Shown: positions 1-13,809, counted from the first letter of the whole stretch. The stretch is DNA of 63,613 nt, filler included, from Octopus bimaculoides (GCF_001194135.2; 4 parts of 3 records of this genome joined end to end with filler, not necessarily neighbours in it), one strand, 5' to 3'. Numbers and translations are program-made. Notes: generated by a model from the sequence alone, not told the origin.

Positions 1-849
1 TATATATATATATATTTATTTTCATGGATATACATGTATACACGTAGACATATCGATTTTCTTCCTTCTGGCACTTATCGAAAACTTAAGTATTAATCTA
101 TTGCTTCTCTGATATGATTTTGTAACCTTTTCTTACAATTTTCGTGTGTTGTATTTTGTTTACTTCGTTAATTCCTAAGTGTTTACAAGTATCTGTTATG
201 TCTAATGCTCTTTTGTATATTTTCCCATCCAAGATAATGTTTTTTTTTAATTGACTTTTCACTTTTAAATGTCGTCTTCTAATAATTTCCTAACAGAGTA
301 ATATATGAATTGTTTCTCTACTACCAGCAGCTATCTGTAACAGTGCTTACAGCTGTTTATTAAGTTTAGTGGTCATTCAGTTGCAGCAGAAGATAGATAA
401 TCCGCCGAAAGCATTTCAATATGTGTTGAATCTATTCCGGAGTATTAGTTTAACCTGCTTAATACCGATAAAACAAGAGTAGAAGGAGAACGTCTCCTTT
501 GAATATTTCTCAGCTTGTATCATGAGTTTAGTTTTATGGTCTTAATTTCCTCTTCGTATCTCTTAGTCTTCGTATCTCTACTACCTTTCGTTTATTCATT
601 CCTGCTGCTTTTGATATAATGCTGCTATATTACTTATCACTTGAATTTCTGACTGACAATATACGTATATATCCTTTATATGTTTGGGTAGATTTTGACG
701 CGAATATATTAATCATTGTTATATCTTGTCAGTCTATAAAACACTCGATTGTTTAGAGCAAAGTAACTTTGTGACATACGGTATTTTGACTATGTTATTT
801 CTCATTTACCAAACCTACACCTGACTAATGATGGTTGCAAGAGATTTTA

Positions 850-1130
850 GCGTTTATCTTTATCATGCTTGTTTCAGTCATTATACTGCAGTCATGCTCG
901 GGTGGCTCCTTGCATAATTTTAGTCGAACGAATCGACTCTGTTCCTACTGTAAAGTTCTGTTCCTATTGTAAAGTCCTGTTCTTATTGGAAAGTCTACAA
1001 ATTATTGGAGCTCTTTCTTTTCTCAAAACCACTAAGCTACAAGTTTGTAAACGAACCGATACCGTTTGTCAAGCGGTGGTGGATACAAGCATAAACACAA
1101 AAACATTCATATATAGATACGTACATATAT
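850..1130 (-). mobile_element. tRNA-derived SINE family B, 3' part
   Basis: Reverse complement of the family B tail (gcatgactgcagtataatgactgaaacaag) and of the ttgacaa...cggt body seen in other copies. Confidence 0.7.
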
Positions 1131-1139
1131 GATGGAATC

Positions 1140-1395
1140 TCCCGTCGAAGACTAAGTTAGAGCGTTCAAGATGAACCACGACTTGCACAAATGATTTGTT
1201 TATAGTGCTCTTTTCGTGCCGCACATTAGCTCACTCCCTCTATCAAATCGACGTTGCCTGAAAAGGTGCACTGTGTACCACATGTCAGGTATAGAAGTAG
1301 TCCCAGAGCAATATGAGATGAAGTGTTTTGCTCAAGAACACAACACACCATCCAATCTATGAATTGAAACTACTATCTTGCGATCGTACGTACAA
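1140..1395 (-). mobile_element. tRNA-derived SINE (D/E-type head)
   Basis: The minus strand has agtggttagggcg (A box) and tgtgttcttgagcaaaacacttc, shared with 19690-19949. Confidence 0.7.
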
Positions 1396-1832
1396 CGCCC
1401 TAACCACTTGACCATACATGTATGTATGTATGTATGTATGTATGTATGTATACCCGATGAACTTCTTCAGTTACCGCCTACCAGTTCCACTGACAAGTAT
1501 TTTGTCGATGGAAACAAACAGCTTCACACACCACCAGGCTTGGCAATCAACGAGCTCCTTATTTAGTGAAGCATGCAGATAACTGTCAGCAGATAACAAC
1601 TCCCTATGTCCACAGTGAACAATGAGAATCGGAACGACGACTTACATATTCTTTCTTTACAAGTTGTGCCAGTTTCGTGCGTGAATAGGCAAATCGCTGT
1701 TGTAGGTTGCTTTTTTTCTTTGGAGAAGCACTCATTTCAAACGAATGACTGTTTTCAGCACATTCGAATCATTATTGTATGTTTTCATTCTCATTCTCGC
1801 TGTTCACCTTTCGCTTCCAAATATATTGTCAG

Positions 1833-2000
1833 TTGGCAGATAATGTTTCTGAGTTCTGAGTTCAAATGCCGCAGGGGTCTACTTTGCCTTTCATCCTTTC
1901 AGGACCTATAAAATAAATAGCAGTTAAGCACTGGGGTCGATCTGATTGACTTAGCCCCTCCCACCAAATTCCTGGCCTTATACCAAAAATTTAAACGAAT
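1833..2000 (+). mobile_element. SINE family A, degenerate
   Basis: gttctgagttcaaat...actttgcctttcatcctttc...tggggtcgat...gacttagcccctccc core, shared with more than 10 copies in the window. Confidence 0.8.
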
Positions 2001-3367
2001 AGTTCCAACAACTGCGAATAGGAACTCTGTCGAATTTTTTTTCATAACCAAGACATGTCATGCTTAAAACCTTATTTTCTTTTCAGTTTCCGATTGTGGT
2101 TTTGTGGATCAACAATTACTCTTTACAATCATGTGTCTTCGCAGATTCCTTTCTATTGTATTGACATTTTATTTCTTGTCTAGCACATTACCATGTTGAC
2201 AGACATGCTACGGACGTGCCGATTTTAATTTTTGCGTTATTGCTACTCATATGAATTCAGATACAGTTCAATTAGCCATTTTTAATTATTTCTGTTTCTT
2301 TTTCCTCTCAACAAATGATTACACATTTCTATTAAGATTTAACGTATGTGTTTGTGAAACTCAAAGCCTTAAGTTCTGAACATTATCAATTCTAACTTTC
2401 TCCAGATAGTGTTTCCATATCATCTGAACAACATTTCGAATCGGTATGTTTCCTACGTTTGTTCACACACTGCATATCTGGTTTTGAAAATAAATTCTTG
2501 ACCATGGTAATTCTTTTGCTGTCCACATTCTTCCCCCAAATTATACAATTTCTCTTGCTGTTGGCATTGCAATGATTTCTATTTTGTTTTCGCATACTTC
2601 ATAGAACAACCGTTTCGATTGGAATCGAAGTAATTGGTTTGTTGAAAGAATCGTTGGCGTTTTTCATAACAACGGATTCTTTGCAATTAAGCGAGGATCA
2701 CTTCTTTGAGGCGTCCTTTGATGTCAGGTTTTTCTTTGTTATGTATTCCTGTAATATTTTTTCTCATTTTTTTCCTTTATAGATTTTCATTTCATTAAGG
2801 ATTGAGTGATTTTTTATTTTATTTTATGTTCCATCATTATCTGATAGTCTTCCACGTTATTTATTTACTTGGGTTCAGATGTCACTATATCTGTAAGCCC
2901 ACCTTCCTTTGAAATATCTATGGTTTCTACAGGAATTATTTGGCTATTCAGACTTAAGCTCAGAACGAATAGAGTCGTAATTAAGTGCCTCCAGGGATTT
3001 TGTTTGCTGTTTTGCCAATTTTATTATCAAACTAACCAAAAACAAACTTGATAATGAAAGTGTTGATGATGATGATGATGATGATGATGATAACATCAGC
3101 GACAATAATGAGGATTTCATTTATCAAGTTTTATCATATAAAAACCAACAACTGTATCAAAAAGTGGAAATGCTTCTATTAGCAGACGAACAGAAAAAAA
3201 GAATTGAATTTTCAGAGTAAAATCGGAGAATTAGGAGACGACAGCCTTTATATATATATGATTGTAAGTATATGTATACATAGATAAGGAAATATTTTTA
3301 TACACGAATGCAGGATAATGCTTGTAATACAGTATGAACAAGATAAGCTAACTATATTTCGGAGAAA

Positions 3368-3663
3368 AATCTGTCAGCAGCAAGCCATGAGACTCGAACT
3401 CACATCCTTGTGATTACGTGTCAACTGCTTTACTATTAAGCTAAATTTCCCCAACGACACATTCTTCTGCAAATTTAGCATATATAGATCTAACTTTATA
3501 AAACTTGAATTTAATGTTTGATAGCGTCTTATAAAGCTAGATTTATATATACTAATTTTGCAGAAGAATTCGTTGTTGGGTCAGTTTAGGTTAATGGTAA
3601 AGTACTTGACGCATAATCAAGCGGATGTGAAGTTCGAGTCTCATGGCTGGCCACTGACAGATT
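3368..3663. repeat. Foldback palindrome with ~137-bp arms, each containing a tRNA-like sequence
   Basis: 3368-3504 is the approximate reverse complement of 3526-3663, with a 21-nt spacer. The right arm 3579-3653 folds as a cloverleaf. Confidence 0.85.
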
Positions 3664-4258
3664 ACTTTTCTGCAAAATATGGATAGTTTATGCTATATTA
3701 TTAGTATTATCTTGCGTTTGAAAATAAATTTATTTCCATACCAGTATCTTTCAATACATCTCAACGCTTCTAAAGCAAACTTTGTTGAATTTATTATATA
3801 TTGTTTTTCAAAGCAAAAGAGGAAGAATGAACTTGACACATCTATATTGCTTGTTACAATTGCTTCTATTGTTTCGGTAGTCCTTACTTTCGATTGCCAC
3901 TGCAGGTAAATTATTTAATTTAAAAATGAACCTGGGCTGCGCTCTTTCACAAACAATGGACAATATTTTCTGTTGCTTATATAGTAAAGAAACTATATAT
4001 ATTTATATATATATATATATNNNNNNNNNNNNNNNNNNNNNNNNNNNNNNNNNNNNNNNNNNNNNNNNNNNNNNNNNNNNNNNNNNNNNNNNNNNNNNNN
4101 NNNNNNNNNNNNNNNNNNNNNNNNNNNNNNNNNNNNNNNNNNNNNNNNNNNNNNNNNNNNNNNNNNNNNNNNNNNNNNNNNNNNNNNNNNNNNNNNNNNN
4201 NNNNNNNNNNNNNNNNNNNNNNNNNNNNNNNNNNNNNNNNNNNNNNNNNNNNNNNNNN

Positions 4259-4289
<31 letters not shown>

Positions 4290-4317
4290 GTATATATATA
4301 AACACACACACACACAC

Positions 4318-4364
<47 letters not shown>

Positions 4365-6349
4365 AATGTATTTATATTTCTGTATGCTTGTCCTCGATAT
4401 GGCATCAAACTGCATCCCGTTGTTAGGGAGTTCGTGAGTTTACCCATTAATTACCATTACTCTCTGGAATGTTCTTTTTTGGAACTGTATTTCCTCTCAG
4501 CGTCACATCTATAAGATCCAGTAAGAACCAGGTTTAAAGGGTATGTACTTGAGTCGATTTGCTTCGACTAAAACCCTTGAAGGTGTTACCTCAGCATGGC
4601 AGTCGTCTTATGATGAAACAAGCAAAAGATAAAAGATAATAGCCAAAAACTAAAAACAAAATCCAAGCGACGGTTCGTATAAATATTCCTTGAATCTTAC
4701 TCAGATAGTAATTAATTTCATACTTAATGTTAATGAAATACCTCTTTTCATAATACAATTAATTAATAAGTTGCAGATTGAATCATACTCAAGCATTTTA
4801 AAATAATGCTATATATGACAACCATCAAAATGAAAATGTAAGAATCTCATAATAGATAAAATAATATTTGAATTCTATGCACTTTGCCATCATATATCTT
4901 AAGTTCAAATTCAATTTTCTAACTTCACTCGTGTTGTGAGGGGGCCGTTGTCTTATTTGACTTAACGGCCATATCCTGAGGAAATCACAGACAGTAAACA
5001 AGAGAGTTTCTCTTTATGTAAGACACTAGTAATGTACAAATGCGAAGCTAATTATACCGAAGGAAAGGATGTAGATAATGATGAAGCAAGTGGAACATTA
5101 TAAAGTAAAGTAGAAATGAAATGAAAACTAAAGACATCGCCACAGTGTAAATGTAAAATATACTAAAGAAAAAATAAAGTAAAAAAAAATCAATGAATAA
5201 AAATATCTTTCCTTAGCCAGAAACCTTCAGAGTCTTTGAGAAAAAAGTAAGTTAGCGTGACAGCGAAATAAGGCTCAAAAGCTCTTAACTAAAAGCAAAA
5301 AAACTATCGCCTGATTTTAGCAGCACAAATAAATAGATGAAAAAAGATCAAGGAAAGAAAGAGAAAAATAAAGATAGAAATAAAACGAAGGAAAGAAAGA
5401 AAATATTGAGAGAAGGCTAAAACCAATGTAGACTGTGCAATCAGCACGAGACACAATTGATCATATTATTTTGGTTGCTCAGTTCTTGCAATAATCAATA
5501 ACATTCAGAAGTATAACAGGTGAGCTAGCTATGTCTGTTGGCCACTATGTCGCAAACACACGCATGCATAGACTTGAATATGAAAATTAAGAATGTGCAG
5601 TATAAGAAGCTATCAAATCTAGTATGAATATGACAGTGACAAGAGCGCTGTAATACGGGGCCCACCTATTTAATCTGACAAAGAAATAGATGTGAATATC
5701 CTGAATATTATAATCAAAAACGGCAATATACTCTGTGAAAAAACTTTGCACGAGAGAATAAAAACATGCTAAAATACAAGAACCGATAAACTTAGTAAAA
5801 CGGGTATTAGTAAGAAGAACACTAATAGAGATTTTTGAGAAAGACGCGAGATCTTGCAACATAGCACAAATTCCGGTCCAAGCAATATCCTAACCTGCCA
5901 TCGTTCACTTTCAGCAAAAGACCCTTCTATTAGATTTTAGCCTTCTTTCAGCAAAAGAAGCTATGCAACAATTCCAGTAGATGTTTTGCTCAAAAGTATC
6001 CAAATATGGGGAGCATTACAAAACGGAAATGCAACACAAACACACGACAATACAATTACACGACACAAACAGCAAATATTCAACATCACCATCTAATAAT
6101 GTCACATAAATCGCTGTACAAATATCACTTTATAATAACGTAAAAGAAATTCCATAAGACGTTCCACAGCAATGTCACCGAACGTAATAGAAAAGGTTAC
6201 AACATTTTCACACAGTACTGTGACCATTATATAAAGTAAGACTTCTGGACCTGAGGTTTTGGGTGTGGGCATTTGAGTAGAGGAATTAAAAACTCCGAGG
6301 AATTTTGTATTACACACTGTCGCACAGCTAAATATTTTGAAAATACTGG

Positions 6350-6650
6350 TAAGCATAACTGTGTGTTAAGAAATTTGTCTCTCAGCCACATGGATTCGGG
6401 TTCAGTTCCCCTGCGCGCGCGTATGTCTGTGTTTATGTTTGTGTCTCTCCGCAGCATTACAACCGATGCCAGATTATGTACGTCTCCGCAATTTATTATT
6501 TAGCCTGAGAGATTGATAGAACATGTGCCAGGCTTTGAAAAATAAATGCTGGTGTCGATTCATTCAGCTAAAATTCTTCAATGTGATGCCCCAGCATGGC
6601 CGTAGTCAAATGACTGGAAGAATAAGATTAAAGGTAAAAGATAAAAGAAT
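6350..6650 (+). mobile_element. SINE family B
   Basis: Head ccacatggattcgggttcagttcc and tail gatgccccagcatggccgtagtcaaatgactg. Confidence 0.75.
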
Positions 6651-8892
6651 GTTTAAAAGTAATTCTACATGACAGCAATAAAGTTTTGGTTAATGGCTTT
6701 TTAGCCTTTACCTTTTCCTTTTTTGCTTGCTACAGTCATTGGATTGCAGTCAAATTTCAGCATTTAGTTGAATAGTTTAAGTCGAACTGATCTATACCAA
6801 AGAACCTAAGCTAGAAAAACTTAAACAACCAGTTCTACATTTACACAGACAGACACGCGTACATATATATGGAGAAAAAGTCAAGGTAGAAAATACTAAA
6901 ATAATTAATTATTAAAATCATTTCAGTACAGGTTTCAGTCATTTGCATTTTTTCAACTGTAAGTATGGAAAAACAATGAAATTTTGAAAAAATTTAAAGA
7001 AAAGTATTTTTGAAAGAATATTTGCATACAAGGGGCATTTTCCTTGTTTCTGCCTGTCTCTGTCTCTCTTGTTTACTCTCGTGGGTTTGCGGAGTGCTGT
7101 ATGTTGACCGAAACGGCGAAAATATTGACGGAAGTCTTAGAAGTAGTGCAGGAGAATTCGAGGGCAAGATAGAAGGATTGGACAAAAGAAAGGAAGAAGT
7201 CTGGTGGTCCGCGGGAGAGTGCGGTCGCACTGATACAGTCATCAGTATAACGACTGTATAGTTTGGTAGTGGGAACAGTGAATCGTGAGAATATATATAT
7301 ATTAGTAATAAATTTCATGGTAGCCAAAATATTTAGAAATTCTTTTTGCTACCACATTCATGTCTTTATCTTGACTTTCCTGCTGATGATAGCTACCCTA
7401 ACAATTTTTTTATTTTTGCTGAAAATTGCTTGAAACCTTGATTTACCATCCTTGAAATACATGGTAAATATTTTTATTTTTCATTCCTTTTCGAAATTAT
7501 CCCTAATTGTGTTTTGGAGTTTGACAGCTCCTTCTAGCAAAGTTTGACAGCTCCTTCCATAATAGGACATCTCTCTTATGTGTTTACTGTATGCATACTG
7601 TATATATATATATATATATANNNNNNNNNNNNNNNNNNNNNNNNNNNNNNNNNNNNNNNNNNNNNNNNNNNNNNNNNNNNNNNNNNNNNNNNNNNNNNNN
7701 NNNNNNNNNNNNNNNNNNNNNNNNNNNNNNNNNNNNNNNNNNNNNNNCGTTAGAGAAAAAATTTGTAGTTTGCAATCAGTAGGTCTTTGACTGCTATTTC
7801 TAAATTTTCAGTATGTCGGTGAAGCAACTCATGCTAATCCCTGTATATTTATGATTATAAATGTTTTTACCGATAAAGGTTTTTTCATACTGAACTACTT
7901 GGCAAAATTGTTAATTATTAATTTTATTACTAATTGACAATTCCCTGCCCTATATCTGTCTATATATATATATATATATACGGCAAGCTTAGTTCCGGTT
8001 ACGTATATCAAATCCATTGTCAAGGATTTGAATGACTCGAGGCTATGGTAGGAGACACTTGTCCATATTGCCCCACAGAGTGTCTAAATCCGGAATCATA
8101 TTGTTGGGAAGGAAATGTTTTTACCAATAGGCTTATAAAACAAATTAACTTAGGCTTTTACTGAAACTGGTTCCTACTCTTTCAGCCCGTGAAGAATAAG
8201 AAGTAAAGTCTCTTCGGATGGGGTTTGAACTAAGAACAAAAGCTTATACAACATAAGCTATCTGCTTGGAAAAGTGTCCTTCATTTTCTTTCAGTTTCAT
8301 TACTTTCCCTCTCTTTTATAACTCAATATGTTGTGGGCGGACAGTGATGTAGAAGCAGAGAATATAGCGCTTATTTAGTATAAGACAGTTATTAATCATA
8401 AAAACAAAATCAATATTATAACTAAATATTGCTTTGAAATTGTATGCAATGGAACGTAGTATAAGGTTTTCGGTAGGTTGTTTGCAGTTGACATCCAGAA
8501 ATGTTCTTAATTGAACAATCAAGAAGCCTTACCAATGATAGCAGAGAAAGCAATTTGTTCGGGAATTTACGAATGTATGCATTCATGGGAAAAATAATCC
8601 ATTCCTTCCATAAATTCTGATGGAAAATTCCAAATATGAATATGTGAAAACTTACACGTGTGAGCAGACGGACGCACATACAGACTGATAAACGTTCATC
8701 GTATACACATACGAACAAATACAGAAAGAAGCACACACAAAAATATATGCTTGTGTTCATATGTGTGTGTGTGTGTGTGTGTGTTTATGTGTATGTGTAT
8801 GTATATCTACGTATCATAGAAAAGTAAACCATTAAAAGTGCACATATAAATGAAATGATATCTATCCATATTTCATATCACTTTCTCAGCAT

Positions 8893-8975
8893 ATGTGTGT
8901 GTATGTATGTGTGAGAATGTGTGTGTATGTATGTGTGAGAATGTGTGTGTATGTATGTGTGAGAATGTGTGTGCA
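8893..8975. repeat. 24-bp minisatellite (tgtgtgtgtatgtatgtgtgagaa)
   Basis: About 3.5 near-identical tandem units are directly visible. Confidence 0.85.
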
Positions 8976-9009
8976 AGTATGCGTGATAAATAATACTTCA
9001 TAATATATG

Positions 9010-9045
<36 letters not shown>

Positions 9046-9498
9046 NNNNNNNNNNNNNNNNNNNNNNNNNNNNNNNNNNNNNNNNNNNNNNNNNNNNNNN
9101 NNNNNNNNNNNNNNNNNNNNNNNNNNNNNNNNNNNNNNNNNNNNNNNNNNNNNNNNNNNNNNNNNNNNNNNNNNNNNNNNNNNNNNNNNNNNNNNNNNNN
9201 NNNNNNNNNNNNNNNNNNNNNNNNNNNNNNNNNNNNNNNNNNNNNNNNNNNNNNNNNNNNNNNNNNNNNNNNNNNNNNNNNNNNNNNNNNNNNNNNNNNN
9301 NNNNNNNNNNNNNNNNNNNNNNNNNNNNNNNNNNNNNNNNNNNNNNNNNNNNNNNNNNNNNNNNNNNNNNNNNNNNNNNNNNNNNNNNNNNNNNNNNNNN
9401 NNNNNNNNNNNNNNNNNNNNNNNNNNNNNNNNNNNNNNNNNNNNNNNNNNNNNNNNNNNNNNNNNNNNNNNNNNNNNNNNNNNNNNNNNNNNNNNNNN

Positions 9499-9499
<1 letters not shown>

Positions 9500-9567
<68 letters not shown>

Positions 9568-9574
9568 GACAGAC

Positions 9575-9607
<33 letters not shown>

Positions 9608-9608
9608 T

Positions 9609-9673
<65 letters not shown>

Positions 9674-9759
9674 GAGGGAGAGAGAGAGAGAAAGAAAGAA
9701 AAAAGAAAGAAAGAAAGCAAAGTAAGAACGAAAGAAAGAAAGAAAGAAAGAAAAAAGGA

Positions 9760-9810
<51 letters not shown>

Positions 9811-9840
9811 GAAGAAAAAGAGAGACAGAGAAAGAGAAGC
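9500..9840. repeat. (AGAT)n / (AG)n / (AAAG)n compound microsatellite
   Basis: Directly visible; representative of dozens of microsatellites in the window. Confidence 0.95.
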
Positions 9841-10469
9841 AGACAATCTGTCTGAACCGTACAGAGATGTAGAAATAGAGGTAAACCTTTTCATGTGAAG
9901 AATCATCTATTTGGAGTCGTATTCAGAAGTCACATCTTTGGTATACGGTACGGCCAATATGTGATTAGAATTTCTTAGTAATATATCGCGGGACGGATTT
10001 TCCAGGCCGAACGACGAACCACCTGGAGACCTGCAGGAAGGGAAATGATATAGTCTCATTTGGTCAGGTCTGAGAATGTCTAATGACGGTTGCCTTTGAT
10101 AGTACTCTATGGAGGAAGTGCCTAAGAAATCTACTATAATGACTCGGCCTAGTATAGTGGATGAAGATCATCGATTGCAAGGAGTTATATAAATAAATAT
10201 CGGAATATTATTAATATTAGTAAAGAAGACGATCTCTATTCATACCGAAAATATATAGATTTATTTAATTATTGAGATTGGAAACATTCAAAATCATTGC
10301 AATACAGTTTATTAGTGTTTGTCGTGGTTTACGCAAAATTAGTAAAAATCACGTAGATTGGTATTTATTTTTTCTCTACTACTACGTGTTTTGGATTAGT
10401 ATTGGGTATGTATATACACATACAGATGTATGTATATATTCGGCCTGCTTCTTTGTAAACGATATTTCA

Positions 10470-11030
10470 AGTAAAAATATTCGCTGATGCCTCTAAGCTC
10501 CAGAAAATTATCGACGAAGAAGATTGAACTGAACTCCAGTCTGATCTACATGCTGTAAGTCAATGGGCAGACAAAAACAAAATGTGATTAACGAAAATTT
10601 GAACTGATGCATTTTAGGAAAAAGATTGAAAAGATTATGCTAAAACAACCATATGATTTTCCTTCAGGGGAACCACTCACACCATCTAATAATATCAGAG
10701 CATTAGGAGTAATTGTGACAACAATTTGAGCTGCAGTGTCACCATCAACAATAAGGCTCATATAGCTCGTTGGATAACTCCTGCATCCTAGGAACCATCC
10801 GGTCCAGGGTACAAGGTGTCATAATTCCTCACTTTTCTCCTCCTTTGTACGGCTACACCTCGAATACTGCTGCTCTACGTACTCTACCCACACAAAACAA
10901 AACATTTCGAAAAATGAATCGACCTAGAGTGTATTCACTAAAAGAATTAAGGGCATAACCAATCTCGATTACTGGGACCGCCTCAAAACATTGAAAGTCT
11001 ATCTTGTCCAGCGCCGCCGTGAGCGAAGTG
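10470..11030 (+). mobile_element. CR1/L2-clade LINE, RT C-terminal fragment (pseudogenised)
   Basis: Frameshifted translation gives FADASKL..ELQSDLHAVSQWADKNKM..FELMHF..PYDFPSG..IRALGVIV..LEYC..LDYWDRLKTLKVYLVQRRRER. Confidence 0.8.
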
Positions 11031-11169
11031 GGGAATATACTACAAGCATTGTACAACTGATCGCAACAATATATACACTGCAACACAATGCAACAGGTTG
11101 TATTAAGTTACATTGCGTTACATTCGGTTACATGTTACTATTGGCATTAAGACATCAGATAGTATATAT

Positions 11170-11250
<81 letters not shown>

Positions 11251-11506
11251 CGCACATACATATATGTGTGTGCTTACACACCCATGCATACATGCACACA
11301 TAAATATATACAAAAACGTAAACACACACACACGCACAGAAGTGTTTTCTCTCTCTCTCTCGATTTTTTCTCGCTCATCCCTTTCTGTCGGAAAACATAA
11401 GCTTGAAACGTCGAAGACTTTTCTATCTTTTTCGACCGTCAAACTAATATACCTGCTTGTTCGCCCCTTACTAGTCTCTGTCTGTCTTCTGGTTTCTGTA
11501 CATTTG

Positions 11507-11600
<94 letters not shown>

Positions 11601-11603
11601 AAA

Positions 11604-11992
11604 ATAGTCAGCTACACAGATCACAAGTTTGTGATCGACTTAGATAAGACACATAGGAAGGGTCCCGGTTACTGGAAACTGAACGCTTCGCTCTTAGCGC
11701 GGCAGGTTTACAGGAACCGGATTAGCGAATTAATTAAGAGGGCGTTAACAGGAGCCATCGTTAACAACCGCTGGTGGTTTGCCCTGAAAATGGCAATCAA
11801 ATCGGAATCTATTAGGTTTAGTAAAGAACTAGCGATAGATCGAAATAGAGTAGAGGGAGACTTAGTTAAGAAACTAGAAGAGGCACTTACAACTGGCAGC
11901 GCAACCAACGTTTTGGCTGCGAGGATGGCCCTCGACCAACACCTCAACGCCAAGCACGAAGGTTGCGTCGTCAGAGCTAAAATGCGTGCCTT
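11604..11992 (+). mobile_element. L1/Tx1-clade LINE ORF2 fragment (end of endonuclease plus linker)
   Basis: Open frame IVSYTDHKFV...RKGPGYWKLNASLL. The (S/T)DH and GPGYWKLN motifs are characteristic. Truncated by a gap. Confidence 0.8.
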
Positions 11993-12116
11993 NNNNNNNN
12001 NNNNNNNNNNNNNNNNNNNNNNNNNNNNNNNNNNNNTTAATTAATTAANNNNNNNNNNNNNNNNNNNNNNNNNNNNNNNNNNNNNNNNNNNNATATATAT
12101 AATGTATGTATGTGTG

Positions 12117-12761
12117 TGTAGTGAACACTAGTTAGCTTCTCTTATATTATATACTTACGAACATACCAGGTAAAAGCTAACCATTGGGCGCTGTTTTGGA
12201 TCCGTTGTGTCTATCACTCTGATTGGTTGGTATTGGCGCAATTTGTCTATTACTTTATCGCGCGCCAATATGCAACCCAACCAATCACAGCCTCCAAATA
12301 AGTCACGCGAGACAGTCTGTTCCAAACAAGCATTTGAGCCTACCATCAGCTATAAAAGCTCACCACCTTCTAGACTCAACGTTAGTTGGTTCCCGGCCTT
12401 CTAAGGTCTAAGCACTGACCACATTACAATGACTTCCAGCTTCGTCGCCACCACCTGATGTCTCTCACCAACGTCGTCAGCATCTACACAGCACCAACAC
12501 TGCACTGGTTCTAACACATCGCTGTTCGTGAGCTTTCCTCACCAAGGTTAACAACCCACGCAGATGCATGTAGATATATGAATAAATGTCCATCAGCCAC
12601 TGTCATTCAGCTTGTGTATATATATGTGTGTGTGTGGGCACAATAAACGTATTTAAAGTTATCGCCTTTGTTCCATGTATTTCTTTACCGGGTTCCTACC
12701 AAACCAGATTACAGCCTTCTGAACGGAGTCACATTAGACGGAATACCACCGATCCATCTAA

Positions 12762-12763
<2 letters not shown>
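12117..12763 (+). mobile_element. Solo LTR-like element (LTR-A) in a (TATG)n microsatellite
   Basis: Starts TGTAGTGAAC like the LTR-B copies, then CCAAT boxes, gtcacgcgag, TATAAAAG at ~12351 and AATAAA. The 3' end is uncertain. Confidence 0.6.
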
Positions 12764-12792
<29 letters not shown>

Positions 12793-12973
12793 TGTATGTA
12801 TGTATGTATGTAGTATGTACGTATGTATGTATGTGTGTGTGTGTGGGTGTGTATGTATGTATGTATGTATGTATATATGTATGTATACTTTTTTTAAAGC
12901 TGCGAAATTATCACAAAAACTCAGATTTTTACGTTCCCGTTCGTCAGACAGTTCTGATGAAAAAATATATATG

Positions 12974-13005
<32 letters not shown>

Positions 13006-13033
13006 CATATATATATATGTGTGTGTGTGCGTT

Positions 13034-13088
<55 letters not shown>

Positions 13089-13290
13089 ATATATATTTAT
13101 ATATATATATATATACAAAGGTTTGGGATGCCAACTCTGTGCAAGACATTGTAGATCTTTGGCTGGGTTAAAAAGCCACATTCGATCACAGCACCGTTAA
13201 GCTTCGTGCAATGGCCATACTCGATAATGAGGGGGCAGCCATCATATATACATATATATATATATGTATATAGACAGACAGGCAGACAGG

Positions 13291-13338
<48 letters not shown>

Positions 13339-13402
13339 TAGATAGATAGATAGATAGATAGATATGTTTACGTATATGGATACAGATGTAAAATCCGTTG
13401 TG

Positions 13403-13458
<56 letters not shown>

Positions 13459-13757
13459 AAGTGTGTGTGTGTGTGTGTGTGTGTATAGAAATGTATGTAT
13501 GCACCACGCTTTTCTGCATGTAGAACGCCAACGCATACATAAACGTAGAAACACATCCCAGCCAATGAATCGTAGTAAATTCAAATAAATTAAAATTTAG
13601 TGAATGAACGAATAGCTGTGCTGTTTGGTTATAAATGAGTCACAGTTACAAGATTAAGAAAGTTGACTGACTCCACGCGTTTTGTGTATTTTAAAAGGCT
13701 TTACCTCTAAAATAGGAGCAGTAACTGGGACGGGCGGTTGACACAGTGTTGAAAAGG

Positions 13758-13809
<52 letters not shown>

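Noticed and set aside
2392-2740. Minus-strand ORF MRKQNRNH... with an upstream open stretch
   Set aside because: No recognisable motif, an in-frame stop and no convincing splice sites.
11993-12092. TTAATTAATTAA centred in N runs (12037-12048; also 33257-33268 and 50994-51005)
   Set aside because: An artificial 44N+12+44N assembly spacer with stops in all six frames. It is not biological, and contiguity across these points is uncertain.
11113-13588. Many long ORFs of YI/HT/CV/LS/MYVC repeats (here and across the window) and X-filled ORFs
   Set aside because: These are translations of microsatellites and N gaps.
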